In this document: one piece after another, positions 16,087 to 24,569 of the stretch
Position numbering within the stretch: the first letter of the stretch is position 1
Layout: every line of letters starts with the position of its first letter
Source: a virus
Lineage: Duplodnaviria > Caudoviricetes
DNA length: 64,000 nucleotides
Reading direction: 5' to 3' (one strand)
IMG/VR virus record: IMGVR_UViG_3300032243_000867
Location: 1-64,000 of that record
Made by a program: the position numbers and the translations under genes
The notes under the pieces: model-generated
Seen by the model: the letters and a program-made list of their open reading frames with translations, nothing else
What the model was told of the DNA's origin: nothing
Databases searched by the model: none

Positions 16087-16533
16087 CGGCGGCGGCGGTG
16101 GGGGGGGGGGGAATTCCTTCACGACTGCTCGGAGTGCGTCTCGTTGGGCGATGACCTGTACGTGTGCCCGAAGGCGGGATACTCGCACGCGACGGGTCCG
16201 TCGTTGGTTGCGCGGTACGGGGATGCTCCGTCGGCGTACCTATCCGTTCCGTGGTCCGTGTTACAGGAGGCGGGCGGCGACCCTCGCTTGGGGGAGGCTG
16301 CGAACCGTGCGATTGCGCGGGTGGTGGGGGACGGTTCCGTGCTTCGTGCCGTGTTCTCTCGGTACGTCGGTGAGCACGGGAGTAGGTTGGACGCCTTGGG
16401 GGTGGAGGCGACGACTGCCGTGCGGGTTGCGAACGGGGACGTTCCGTGGGGGCGGGTGCTAGAGGTCTTGCACCTTGCGGCGGTGATGGACGTTTCGGGC
16501 AACGTGACGGTATCCGTGCGGGGCGGGGCGTAA
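16083..16533 (+). pseudogene. Hypothetical gene interrupted by a G12 tract (frameshifted; ORF track start 16144)
   Basis: GTG at 16083 overlaps the previous stop; G12 at 16100-16111; a G11 tract would fuse it to EFLHDCSECVSLGDDLYVCPK... Confidence 0.55.
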
Positions 16534-16543
16534 CCTTCAGAAG

Positions 16544-17326
16544 ATGACCTACTACGCTTACCGTGACGTATCGAAGCTGGGCCCGTACCGGGTGGACCCG
16601 AGGGACCATTACGGGTTGGCGAGGGAACTCTCCCAGGAGTTTTCCTGCCGTCACCTAGAGCGTGCGGACATTGAGCAAGAGGCGATGGCGGCGTTGTGCG
16701 CGGCGGCGCGTACGTTCGATCCTACTTTCGGATTTCGGTTCAGCACATGGGCAGGGCGGTTGATTCGCAACCACCTATCGGGCGTTGTACATTTGTACCG
16801 CCGGGTGGGGAACCTAGGTAATAGCAAAAACCGCATATTGCCGAAGGCGTTGCGCGTCCATCTACGGGACGGGGGTTCGACGGAAGTGTCCGTGGTCCGT
16901 ACGTTCTTGCGGGAAGACCGCAATTGGGGGGTTGCTTCGGAATGGGACTGCTTCGCGGCGGCGTCCCTGTACCTGTACGGGGAGGAATCCCTTGACGATA
17001 CGTGGAATCACCGGGAGGGGGAGGACTCGCCCGGGGCGAAGATCCCGCGTCACGAGACGGTGGAAGACCCGGGGTTGTTGCAGGACATCGAGGACGGGGT
17101 GCGGGCGCGGGAGATCGAGCGGGCGGTGAGCGCCGTGGTGGGGCGGCTGCGCCCAAGGGAGAGGGAGATCACGGTTCTGAGGATTCTCCCCGACCTGATG
17201 GGTGCGGGGGAGGACGCCCCGACCCTTCAAGACGTAGCCGACAAGTGGGGGGTCACCCGTCAGCGGGCGCAGCAGATCGAATCCGACGCGATGGGGAAGC
17301 TCCGACGGATGTTATCCCGGGCGTAA
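16544..17326 (+). CDS. Sigma-70 family RNA polymerase sigma factor
   Basis: Region 2 DIEQEAMAALCAAARTFDPTFGFRFSTWA; region 4 LRPREREI...TLQDVADKWGVTRQRAQQIESDAMGKLR. Confidence 0.9.
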   Translation: MTYYAYRDVSKLGPYRVDPRDHYGLARELSQEFSCRHLERADIEQEAMAALCAAARTFDPTFGFRFSTWAGRLIRNHLSGVVHLYRRVGNLGNSKNRILPKALRVHLRDGGSTEVSVVRTFLREDRNWGVASEWDCFAAASLYLYGEESLDDTWNHREGEDSPGAKIPRHETVEDPGLLQDIEDGVRAREIERAVSAVVGRLRPREREITVLRILPDLMGAGEDAPTLQDVADKWGVTRQRAQQIESDAMGKLRRMLSRA

Positions 17327-17334
17327 CGATTCGC

Positions 17335-18084
17335 ATGGACATCCCGCGCCGTACCAAGGAGAGCTTGAAGCAGCTGGTCCGTGATTACATCGCGAACCAG
17401 GTGTTGTTTTCGTCGTCCGTTCCCGACAACCTCGTCCACATGGTGTTCCTGCCCTTGGCGATGGGCGGGTTGCGGTACCCCGTGGACGAGCCCGAGGTAT
17501 CCAAGGAGCCCGCGAAGCCCGTGCGGGGTTTCACCCGCCCGAAGCGCCCGGAGCCCGACGTGGGTGCGGCGCGCGAGGGTCTGAAGGCGGCGGTGGCGGA
17601 AGCCCGCGAGGCTCTCGCCCGTGCCGAGTTCCGTGCCCGCTGGGGCGAGGTGGAGGACAGTGAGGTAGAAGCTGCCCGTGAGGCTCTCACCCGTGCCGAG
17701 GATGCCCTGCGGGATGCCGAGGCTGCTGCGAACCGTGCTGCGGACGCTGCCCATGAGGCGGCACTCACCGAGCACCGTGCGGCACTGGCGGGTCACCGTG
17801 CGAAGCTGGCCGAGTGGCGCGGGCGGATGAAGGTGTGGCGGGAGGAGTGCGACGCCCTCCAGACCAAGGTGAAGGAGTGGGAGGCGGGGCGGGACGCCCA
17901 CTTCGACAAGCTGAAGTCCGACCTTGGTGTGGTCTACGGCTACTACAAGGACTCCATGGGGGGACGTGCGATCAACGGCTTCCCGATGCTGGCGTCGTGC
18001 GCCCTCCTCCACCGTGAGGATTGGGCGTTGGTGAGGGCGGCGATTGGCCGGGAGCTCGACCGACAGAAGGAGATCGAACTGTGA
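17335..18084 (+). CDS. Hypothetical coiled-coil protein
   Basis: MDIPRRTKESLKQLVRDYI...; GGGCGTAAC 7 nt upstream. Confidence 0.75.
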   Translation: MDIPRRTKESLKQLVRDYIANQVLFSSSVPDNLVHMVFLPLAMGGLRYPVDEPEVSKEPAKPVRGFTRPKRPEPDVGAAREGLKAAVAEAREALARAEFRARWGEVEDSEVEAAREALTRAEDALRDAEAAANRAADAAHEAALTEHRAALAGHRAKLAEWRGRMKVWREECDALQTKVKEWEAGRDAHFDKLKSDLGVVYGYYKDSMGGRAINGFPMLASCALLHREDWALVRAAIGRELDRQKEIEL

Positions 18085-18094
18085 GGGAAAATCC

Positions 18095-18250
18095 ATGAGG
18101 GGCATCGTCGGAAAAGTTCGGTATGGGGTGGCGCTGGGCGTGTTGGGGGTGTCTGCGACCCTGTGGGGGATTGCCACGGCGGCGGCGGTTCTGGGCGTGT
18201 TGACCGCGACGGCGATTTCGTCCGATGCCGTGTTCGACCAGATGGGCTGA
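18095..18250 (+). CDS. Small membrane protein
   Basis: Hydrophobic GVALGVLGVSATLWGIATAAAVLGVL. Confidence 0.55.
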   Translation: MRGIVGKVRYGVALGVLGVSATLWGIATAAAVLGVLTATAISSDAVFDQMG

Positions 18251-18262
18251 GGAGGGTGTGCG

Positions 18263-18715
18263 ATGGATGAACTGAAGAGCGTGTTGGAGGTGTGCCTCTC
18301 TCTGCAAGAGCGGTTGGAGGTGAGGGACGCTGCCCTCAAGTCGCAGAACGACAAGGTTCTGGCCCTGTGCGAGGAGATCGACGAGCTCCACGCACAGGTA
18401 GACCGTCAGCGGGCGATCCTCACGGGCGTCGCGAACGCCCTTCGCGGAGACCCCGGCCCGCTCGCATCGCACAGCCACCACGACCTCGCGGAGCGGGCTA
18501 CGGGGTTGGTTACGGGGGCGCGGGGGATGCGGGATGCCATTCGCGAGTGGTTCATTGCCGAGGAGGCCCTCCGCATGACCCCCACCCAAGACCAGAGCTC
18601 GGAGCGGGAGGCGGCGGAACGGAACACGCGAGCCCTTCATGCGCTTCAAGAGGTCGCCCGCCGTATCAACGAGGGCATGGAGCGCGAAATCGCAAAGGCT
18701 TTCGGGGTACTGTGA
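18263..18715 (+). CDS. Hypothetical coiled-coil protein
   Basis: GAGGAGG RBS; heptad pattern. Confidence 0.7.
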   Translation: MDELKSVLEVCLSLQERLEVRDAALKSQNDKVLALCEEIDELHAQVDRQRAILTGVANALRGDPGPLASHSHHDLAERATGLVTGARGMRDAIREWFIAEEALRMTPTQDQSSEREAAERNTRALHALQEVARRINEGMEREIAKAFGVL

Positions 18716-19167
18716 GGGCCCCGTGCCGGGATTGCCGTCCGGGTTTCGTGTGCGACCCGTGCGTCCGTAGGTTCCCCCGCGTGTACCTCCCACCGGGGGA
18801 GGAACGGGAGCGAGCCCTTCGTGAACTGGAGAGGGAGAAAACGGTGGATAACCTGATCGAACGTGTGCAGGGGGTGCTGTCCGACCTCGAACGCTTGCAA
18901 GAGGCCGAGGTGCTTCTGCGGCGCGTGGCGGTCCACCTCCCTTTCCGCAGGTATGAGCTTCTGGGCTACCCGGAACGGCAACACCCCGACGCTCTGTCGG
19001 GCGTGATCGACTCCTTTGAACGGGCGGTGGAGATGCACCGTCGTCTAGAGTCGCTGTACGCCTACAGCGGCGCTTACGAGTACCCCGACGAATACGAGCG
19101 GACGCCCGAGAGCGAACGGGTGTGGTCTGACGTGAAGCGGTACTTTCGGTTCGATGACAGCGAGTGA
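18712..19167 (+). CDS. Hypothetical protein with N-terminal CxxC-CxxC
   Basis: GTGA overlap; CRDC...CDPC. Confidence 0.6.
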   Translation: MRAPCRDCRPGFVCDPCVRRFPRVYLPPGEERERALRELEREKTVDNLIERVQGVLSDLERLQEAEVLLRRVAVHLPFRRYELLGYPERQHPDALSGVIDSFERAVEMHRRLESLYAYSGAYEYPDEYERTPESERVWSDVKRYFRFDDSE

Positions 19168-19393
19168 GTTGGACTTCGGCGCGGCGTGCCGGGAGATCAC
19201 GGACCTCGTGGCCCGCGATTACCCCGGCGCGTCGCCTTCGCAGTTCCGCGTGGTGCTGGAGTGGGAGGACGGGGCGTGGTGCGCCTTCGTTCGCACCCGG
19301 TCCTCCAACACCCGCATCTACCCCGTGGGGCACCCCACGGCACAGGGCGCGCTTGACCGGCTTCGGGACTACTACCGAAAACGCCTACGGTAG
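19154..19393 (+). CDS. Hypothetical protein
   Basis: 79 aa; overlaps previous gene end. Confidence 0.55.
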   Translation: MTASELDFGAACREITDLVARDYPGASPSQFRVVLEWEDGAWCAFVRTRSSNTRIYPVGHPTAQGALDRLRDYYRKRLR

Positions 19394-19416
19394 ATGCCCT
19401 ATGCCCCGTGCGGGGC

Positions 19417-19779
19417 ATGAGCGACCTACGTTCCAAAATCATTCGGCTGGCTCACCAGCAGCCGCATCTCCGTCCGCAGCTTCTCCCTCTCCTCAAGGCG
19501 GCGGGCAATCTGGGCGAAGAGCTCAACCCGTACCTTCTGGAGTTCGACAAAGTGCCCGCGTCCGAGGAGGACATGGAAGAGGCCCAAGAGAACCTCGACA
19601 ACGCGAGCAACGACCTCCAAGGGATCGTGGAGGACACGTCGCGAAATGTCGCGGCCTTGGTAAAGAAGGCCCTTCGGGAGAGCGGCAAGTTCAACAAGTT
19701 CTTCAGCGGGGGGAGCGCCGAACTGTTCCACGACGATCTCGTCGCTTCGGTGATCTCGGCGGTCCACAACGCCAAGTGA
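19417..19779 (+). CDS. Protein with N-terminal LRSKIIRLAH tag
   Basis: MSDLRSKIIRLAHQQPHLRPQLLPLLKAA + acidic helical domain. Confidence 0.75.
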   Translation: MSDLRSKIIRLAHQQPHLRPQLLPLLKAAGNLGEELNPYLLEFDKVPASEEDMEEAQENLDNASNDLQGIVEDTSRNVAALVKKALRESGKFNKFFSGGSAELFHDDLVASVISAVHNAK

Positions 19780-19813
19780 CGGGCGCTAGGGTATTTATGT
19801 TCGCGTGCGGGAA

Positions 19814-20089
19814 ATGAACCCGCTAGCGACCGCCCTTCTGAACCTACTGAGCTCCGTTCCCGACGCCGCCGTGGCGGTGGTCCACCCCGAGGACTACCGA
19901 GATCAACTGCGGCCTTCGTTCGTCGGGGCGTTCATCCCGGCAACCAACCAAGCCACGTTGACCGCCGGGTGCGTCGGGCACTTCCCCCGCGCGGGGGGGA
20001 AGGTCACCGCCCTGTACGTCCGTACGTCAGTCCCCCGTGGGGAGGTTCGTATCGGTACGGTAGCTTTGTTGAAGGAGCACCATAGGTAG
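19814..20089 (+). CDS. Hypothetical protein
   Basis: MNPLATALLNLL...; 91 aa. Confidence 0.55.
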   Translation: MNPLATALLNLLSSVPDAAVAVVHPEDYRDQLRPSFVGAFIPATNQATLTAGCVGHFPRAGGKVTALYVRTSVPRGEVRIGTVALLKEHHR

Positions 20090-20091
20090 GG

Positions 20092-20277
20092 ATGCCTGAG
20101 ATCAAATTTTCCAACGAGAAGGCCGAACGCTGGTTGGACCGCATCGAGAAGCGGTTGGGGTCCCTCGCACCCGAGGACCGTCTCCAGTACCAAGGACTTC
20201 GAGAGGCTATGACCGGGGGGCGCAAGCTCGACCCCCGGCAATCCAAGGCTCTACACGTCCTCGGAAAGAAGCTATGA
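20092..20277 (+). CDS. Hypothetical protein
   Basis: 61 aa; ATGA overlap with the SET gene. Confidence 0.55.
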   Translation: MPEIKFSNEKAERWLDRIEKRLGSLAPEDRLQYQGLREAMTGGRKLDPRQSKALHVLGKKL

Positions 20278-20771
20278 CTGACCCTATCTGTCCCGACTGC
20301 GGTCTGAAGCTCCCCGCTCCCTCGAACGATTGGCAGAAGAAGGGCGCTCTCGTATGTACCGATTGCCTCAAGGCGGCGGTTCCCGAGCCTTCGGGCGGGT
20401 GGCCCATCCTCGCCCGCTGGATCAGCCGTGAGAGGGGCCGTGGGGTGTTCGCACGCGAGGACATCGACCGTGGCGTTACGGTGGAACGATGCTGGGTCAT
20501 GCCGTTGAGCGGGGAGGAATCCCTGCAATCGCTCTCGATGCCCATTATCAACCGCTACCTGTTCCCGTGGGTGAACGGTCGGCGGTGCCTTCTTTCGGGC
20601 GAGGGGTTGCTCTACAACTTCGACCGCTTCGATTCCACGGGGCGCGAACCCAACACCCAGTGCGTGATTCGACCCGGCATCTCGGCTATTGAGTTCCGTA
20701 CCCTCCGCCCCGTGGTGTCGGGCGAGGAGCTCACCTGGGATTACTCCCGCGCCGTGACAAAACTCCGCTAG
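20274..20771 (+). CDS. SET-domain protein with N-terminal Zn finger
   Basis: GRGVFAREDI, GLLYNF...PN, FRTLRPVVSGEELTWDY; CPDC/CTDC at the N-terminus. Confidence 0.8.
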   Translation: MTDPICPDCGLKLPAPSNDWQKKGALVCTDCLKAAVPEPSGGWPILARWISRERGRGVFAREDIDRGVTVERCWVMPLSGEESLQSLSMPIINRYLFPWVNGRRCLLSGEGLLYNFDRFDSTGREPNTQCVIRPGISAIEFRTLRPVVSGEELTWDYSRAVTKLR

Positions 20772-20795
20772 CGGTTCTATCCCCGCGACGGGGGT

Positions 20796-21920
20796 ATGCC
20801 GTCCCTGCGTTCGCGGGTCATTCGTCTCGCCCACCAGCAACCCGGTCTCCGTCCGCACCTGTTGCCCCTGCTCAAGTCGGCGGCGCTCCCCCCGGCGCAG
20901 ACGTGGCTGGAGATGCAGCTTGGCAAGGTGTTCCACTCGGAGGCGGCGGGACACGAGTTCTGGTTCATTCCGCAAATGCCTACAAAGAGCGGCACCGCCA
21001 AGGGCTTGCTCGTGGCTTGGTCGATTGTGGATCAGCGCAAGCCCCCGAAGGCCAAGCAGTCGAGCCTTCCCGAAAGGGACCTGTCGGGTCCCCGCTGGAA
21101 GGTGGTCACGGCGAAGGACCTCCCCGACGATGTGGTTGACCGCTTCCGAGACGCGGGCGTCCGGGTGGCTTCCGTGCGGGAGGCGGGGGACGTGATCCCG
21201 TTTGCGGGTCGCGCTCCTCGCAACTCGCACACGGTGACCCTCGCGGGAGACAAGTACGTCCTGTCCACCCATTCGGGCGGGATGATGGGCGACCTCATGG
21301 AGCTCCCCGAGGAAGCCGAGGAAGGGGCGCGCATCATCCACGTTCGCCCCGAAGACCCGTGGAAGTTCCTCTGGGCCTACGACACGGACCATCAGGTTCT
21401 GGCCATGTGGCGGGTGTCGGACGGCAACGAGAAGGAGTACGGGTCTGCTAGGTCACTGACGGCGCTGTTGGTGAAGCTCGACAAGAAGGGCGAGCTCAAC
21501 CGTGTGTCGGGTGCCCAGTTCCGGGCCATCGAGACGGCGATGCGCGCCCAAGACGAAGCCCACACCCGTGCGTTGGAGCAGTGGGTCGAGGAGACCAAGA
21601 CCACCTCCCAGCGGGACGCGGACGCCCTCGTGCGGGAGTACTTCGACACGAAGGTCCGCCCCGCGATGGACCGTGCCGTCCGTGACGTTGAGCAGGGTGT
21701 GATCCCGCTGGGCTTCAAGGCCAACCCCGGTGGTTTTCCGGTCGATAGGCAGATGAAGTCCTACGTCACGGGGAAGCTGTACGAGAAGCTCCTCGACCTC
21801 GACGTGATCGACGCCTACGTCCGGTCGCAGGGCGGGGACCTCGACGCGATTGACAGCCAAGCAACCCAGTGGGCGCGGGACGACGTGTGGTTCGACTACC
21901 TCAAGTCCGTCCTGCGCTGA
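20796..21920 (+). CDS. Protein with N-terminal LRSRVIRLAH tag
   Basis: MPSLRSRVIRLAHQQPGLRPHLLPLLKSAA; 374 aa. Confidence 0.75.
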   Translation: MPSLRSRVIRLAHQQPGLRPHLLPLLKSAALPPAQTWLEMQLGKVFHSEAAGHEFWFIPQMPTKSGTAKGLLVAWSIVDQRKPPKAKQSSLPERDLSGPRWKVVTAKDLPDDVVDRFRDAGVRVASVREAGDVIPFAGRAPRNSHTVTLAGDKYVLSTHSGGMMGDLMELPEEAEEGARIIHVRPEDPWKFLWAYDTDHQVLAMWRVSDGNEKEYGSARSLTALLVKLDKKGELNRVSGAQFRAIETAMRAQDEAHTRALEQWVEETKTTSQRDADALVREYFDTKVRPAMDRAVRDVEQGVIPLGFKANPGGFPVDRQMKSYVTGKLYEKLLDLDVIDAYVRSQGGDLDAIDSQATQWARDDVWFDYLKSVLR

Positions 21921-21935
21921 TAAGAAAACCAACAC

Positions 21936-22217
21936 ATGAGCACTCTTCGTTCCAAGGTCATCCGGCTCGCGCACCAGCGTCCAGAGTTCCGCCCCCACCT
22001 TCTCCCTCTCCTGAAGGAAGCGGCTATGCCCCCTGCGGACCGAAAGAAGAAGGTTGCCGAGATCTTCAAGAGGTTCAAAGGGATCGGTGATGGGATGGTC
22101 CGTGGCGGGAAACACACGATTCGGATCGCCGTCGAGGGTCACAACACCGTAGTGCTGGAAGACGCCACCGACGAGGAGATCGACCGCATTTACGCGAAGT
22201 ACATCCGCAAGCTCTGA
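21936..22217 (+). CDS. Small protein with N-terminal LRSKVIRLAH tag
   Basis: MSTLRSKVIRLAHQRPEFRPHLLPLLKEAA. Confidence 0.75.
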   Translation: MSTLRSKVIRLAHQRPEFRPHLLPLLKEAAMPPADRKKKVAEIFKRFKGIGDGMVRGGKHTIRIAVEGHNTVVLEDATDEEIDRIYAKYIRKL

Positions 22218-22232
22218 AGGAACCTCTCACCC

Positions 22233-23330
22233 ATGAATCTCCTGCTGCAACTTCTCGCAATCCTCCGAGCTCTTCAGTGGTCGCACCAGACCGCCCACTG
22301 GAAAGTGAGAGGGGAAAATTCGTATCAGGACCACCTCTTGTTCCAGAAGCTCTACCTGGCCATTGCCGAGGAGATCGACACGCTGGCCGAGAAGATCGTC
22401 GGGGTGTACGGCCCCGGCGCGCTCACGAACCTGTCGGTGCTCTCGGACACCCACCAGTTCATCGCGAACCACGCGGCGACCGGGGCGGGTGACAGTTCGT
22501 ACCACTGCGCCCTTCAGATGGAGGAGCATCTTCAGCGCGCCCTTCGCGCCGCGTACGACGGGCTCAAGGCCAGCGGTGAGATGTCCCTGGGCCTCGACGA
22601 CTTCCTGATGGCGACGGCGAACGCCCACGAGACGGCGCTGTACCTGCTCCGTCAACGGCTGCGTTCCCGCATCGCGAGCCGTACGGCGGCGGTTTCGTAC
22701 TCAAAGCAGAAGATCAACCTTGCCCTTTCCGGCGGAAAATCCGAGGAAGTCCTCGCGGACGTGTACGGGCCGTGGGCGATCCACAAGAGCCTGGGCGGTT
22801 CCGGGTGGACGATCACTTTCGCTCCGCTGGGTCTAGCCATTGCCCGTCCGAAGACGCAGATGGACTCGCGGGCGCTGCTCGAAGCCATCCTCGAAAAAGC
22901 CCCCACGCTAGCCGACGCCCGCACCGAAGCGGATGTGAAGGCCCACTACGGGGACATCAAAGACATCCTCCGCAACCCGCCGAAGGCTTCCGGCACGGCG
23001 AAGCGGGCACCTTCCGTGAGCCTCGCAGAGAAGCGCGAGCAGGTGATCGGATGGTTGATGGCCGCGGGGATGCGTCCGAAGGGTAGCCGTTACGGCAAGG
23101 CTGGTGACTTCTTCTACCCGCCCGTTGGGTATGGGGAGACGCCGACGCTGGCAATCTCGGTCGGTGCCCGCGACCTGCTGTTGAACTCGTACCTGATGTC
23201 GGGGCGAGACGAACGCTGGGTGATGGAAGATTCCGAGCTTCTGTCCAAGGTGGACGAAGACCTCGTGAAGCGTTGGGTGGGATTGACGAAGGCCGCGCCC
23301 ACCCGTTCGGAAGTTCGCAAGAGCTTCTAG
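22233..23330 (+). CDS. Ferritin/Dps-like domain fused to an unknown C-terminal domain
   Basis: HQTAHWKVRG...HLLFQKLY...EIDTLAEKI Dps-like motif; linker RIASRTAA. Confidence 0.75.
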   Translation: MNLLLQLLAILRALQWSHQTAHWKVRGENSYQDHLLFQKLYLAIAEEIDTLAEKIVGVYGPGALTNLSVLSDTHQFIANHAATGAGDSSYHCALQMEEHLQRALRAAYDGLKASGEMSLGLDDFLMATANAHETALYLLRQRLRSRIASRTAAVSYSKQKINLALSGGKSEEVLADVYGPWAIHKSLGGSGWTITFAPLGLAIARPKTQMDSRALLEAILEKAPTLADARTEADVKAHYGDIKDILRNPPKASGTAKRAPSVSLAEKREQVIGWLMAAGMRPKGSRYGKAGDFFYPPVGYGETPTLAISVGARDLLLNSYLMSGRDERWVMEDSELLSKVDEDLVKRWVGLTKAAPTRSEVRKSF

Positions 23331-24013
23331 CCCTTCGCGGCCTTTCGCTTCTCTTCGATCCTGCCTGTGTTTCTCAAGTATCCCCGGTCGTTTCGCTCTC
23401 GGTATTCCAACCGAAAGGGTGCGACGCCGGGGGGCAGACCGTACTGGGCGAGGGCGTACTTGTGTACGTCTACCCAGAACTCCCACCCGTCGCGGTTTCG
23501 CGGGTCGCACTCTAGCACGGCGCGACGGACCCGGTTCATCTCCCGGCCATAGCGTACGGGGTCGCGGTAGTAGTCCCGAGGGGCGGGGGGTTCGGTTTTT
23601 CCCCAGCCTTTCGTCGCGGACTCCATCACGCGGGCCATCGCGAGGACGGCGGTTTCGACGTAGGGGTCATTGGGCGATAGCGGGTCGCTTCCGTACTTGC
23701 GCGAGAACGCCTTGACGTAAGCAGACGCGCGGAACAGCTCATCCGGGAGGGTGGACGCCCAGACGAGGCACTGCCTACCTCTCTCGGACAGGAAGCCCTC
23801 CGTGTCTAGGTGTTTCTCCATGATGTGGGAGAACAACCTTCCCCGGTACACACGGTCGCCTCGGTAGATACCGGGGAAGGGGTTGTTCGACAGGTAGTTC
23901 ACCCCGTGGAAGAGCCAGAAATCGTGCCCGATTCCCCGGTCGTTCGCGGCGAAAGCCTCGAACGTCCGCATTGACCTTTGGAACGGGCCTCGTTTGTGTA
24001 CTCCTTTAGGCAC
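23327..24013 (-). CDS. Hypothetical protein
   Basis: 228 aa; convergent with the Dps-like gene. Confidence 0.6.
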   Translation of the reverse strand: MPKGVHKRGPFQRSMRTFEAFAANDRGIGHDFWLFHGVNYLSNNPFPGIYRGDRVYRGRLFSHIMEKHLDTEGFLSERGRQCLVWASTLPDELFRASAYVKAFSRKYGSDPLSPNDPYVETAVLAMARVMESATKGWGKTEPPAPRDYYRDPVRYGREMNRVRRAVLECDPRNRDGWEFWVDVHKYALAQYGLPPGVAPFRLEYRERNDRGYLRNTGRIEEKRKAAKG

Positions 24014-24031
24014 AGGGGACTATACGGGTCC

Positions 24032-24511
24032 TCAGTCCACGCGCCGACCTCCACGGCGGCGACCCCAGGCGTACTCCGTCGAAGTCGGGGCGAGAGGTGC
24101 CCCAGCGATGCGGGCTTCCCGGTTGTAGATACTGAGCATTCGGCGCACCGTGCCCGCTTCTTGGATCGAGTACAGATCTGGGCGGCACCCGTTGCCGTGG
24201 TGGTAGTGCCCGAGAAGCATGGGCACCTGTCGGCACATGGCGCGAGATCGCCGCAGGATGCGTAGGGAAGCCTGGGCGTCGTCGAGCATCGTGCGGTGGC
24301 TGCTGCGGTTGACGGACGAGATACCGAAGGGGATGCCCCTTCGTCCGAAGCCCGTCTCGTATAGGGACACCGTGAGCAACAGGGCTTGTTCCTGCGGGTC
24401 AGAGGTGGCCGAGATGACCGTACGGGCAACCGTCTCTAGCCGTTCGTGCGGCTCCCTCCGGGCGAAGGACAGCATCACTTGAAGCCAAAGAGACACAAGA
24501 ATCTCAGTCAT
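24032..24511 (-). CDS. Putative lysozyme-like/transglycosylase protein with N-terminal hydrophobic segment
   Basis: LLTVSLYETGF (candidate catalytic Glu)...LRILRRS...LGHYHHG; N-terminal ILVSLWLQVMLSFA. Confidence 0.5.
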   Translation of the reverse strand: MTEILVSLWLQVMLSFARREPHERLETVARTVISATSDPQEQALLLTVSLYETGFGRRGIPFGISSVNRSSHRTMLDDAQASLRILRRSRAMCRQVPMLLGHYHHGNGCRPDLYSIQEAGTVRRMLSIYNREARIAGAPLAPTSTEYAWGRRRGGRRVD

Positions 24512-24569
24512 GAAGGTACGTCTTTCTCGCGCCTCCCGCGAACCCCCCCGCGGCGGTAAAATCCGCACG

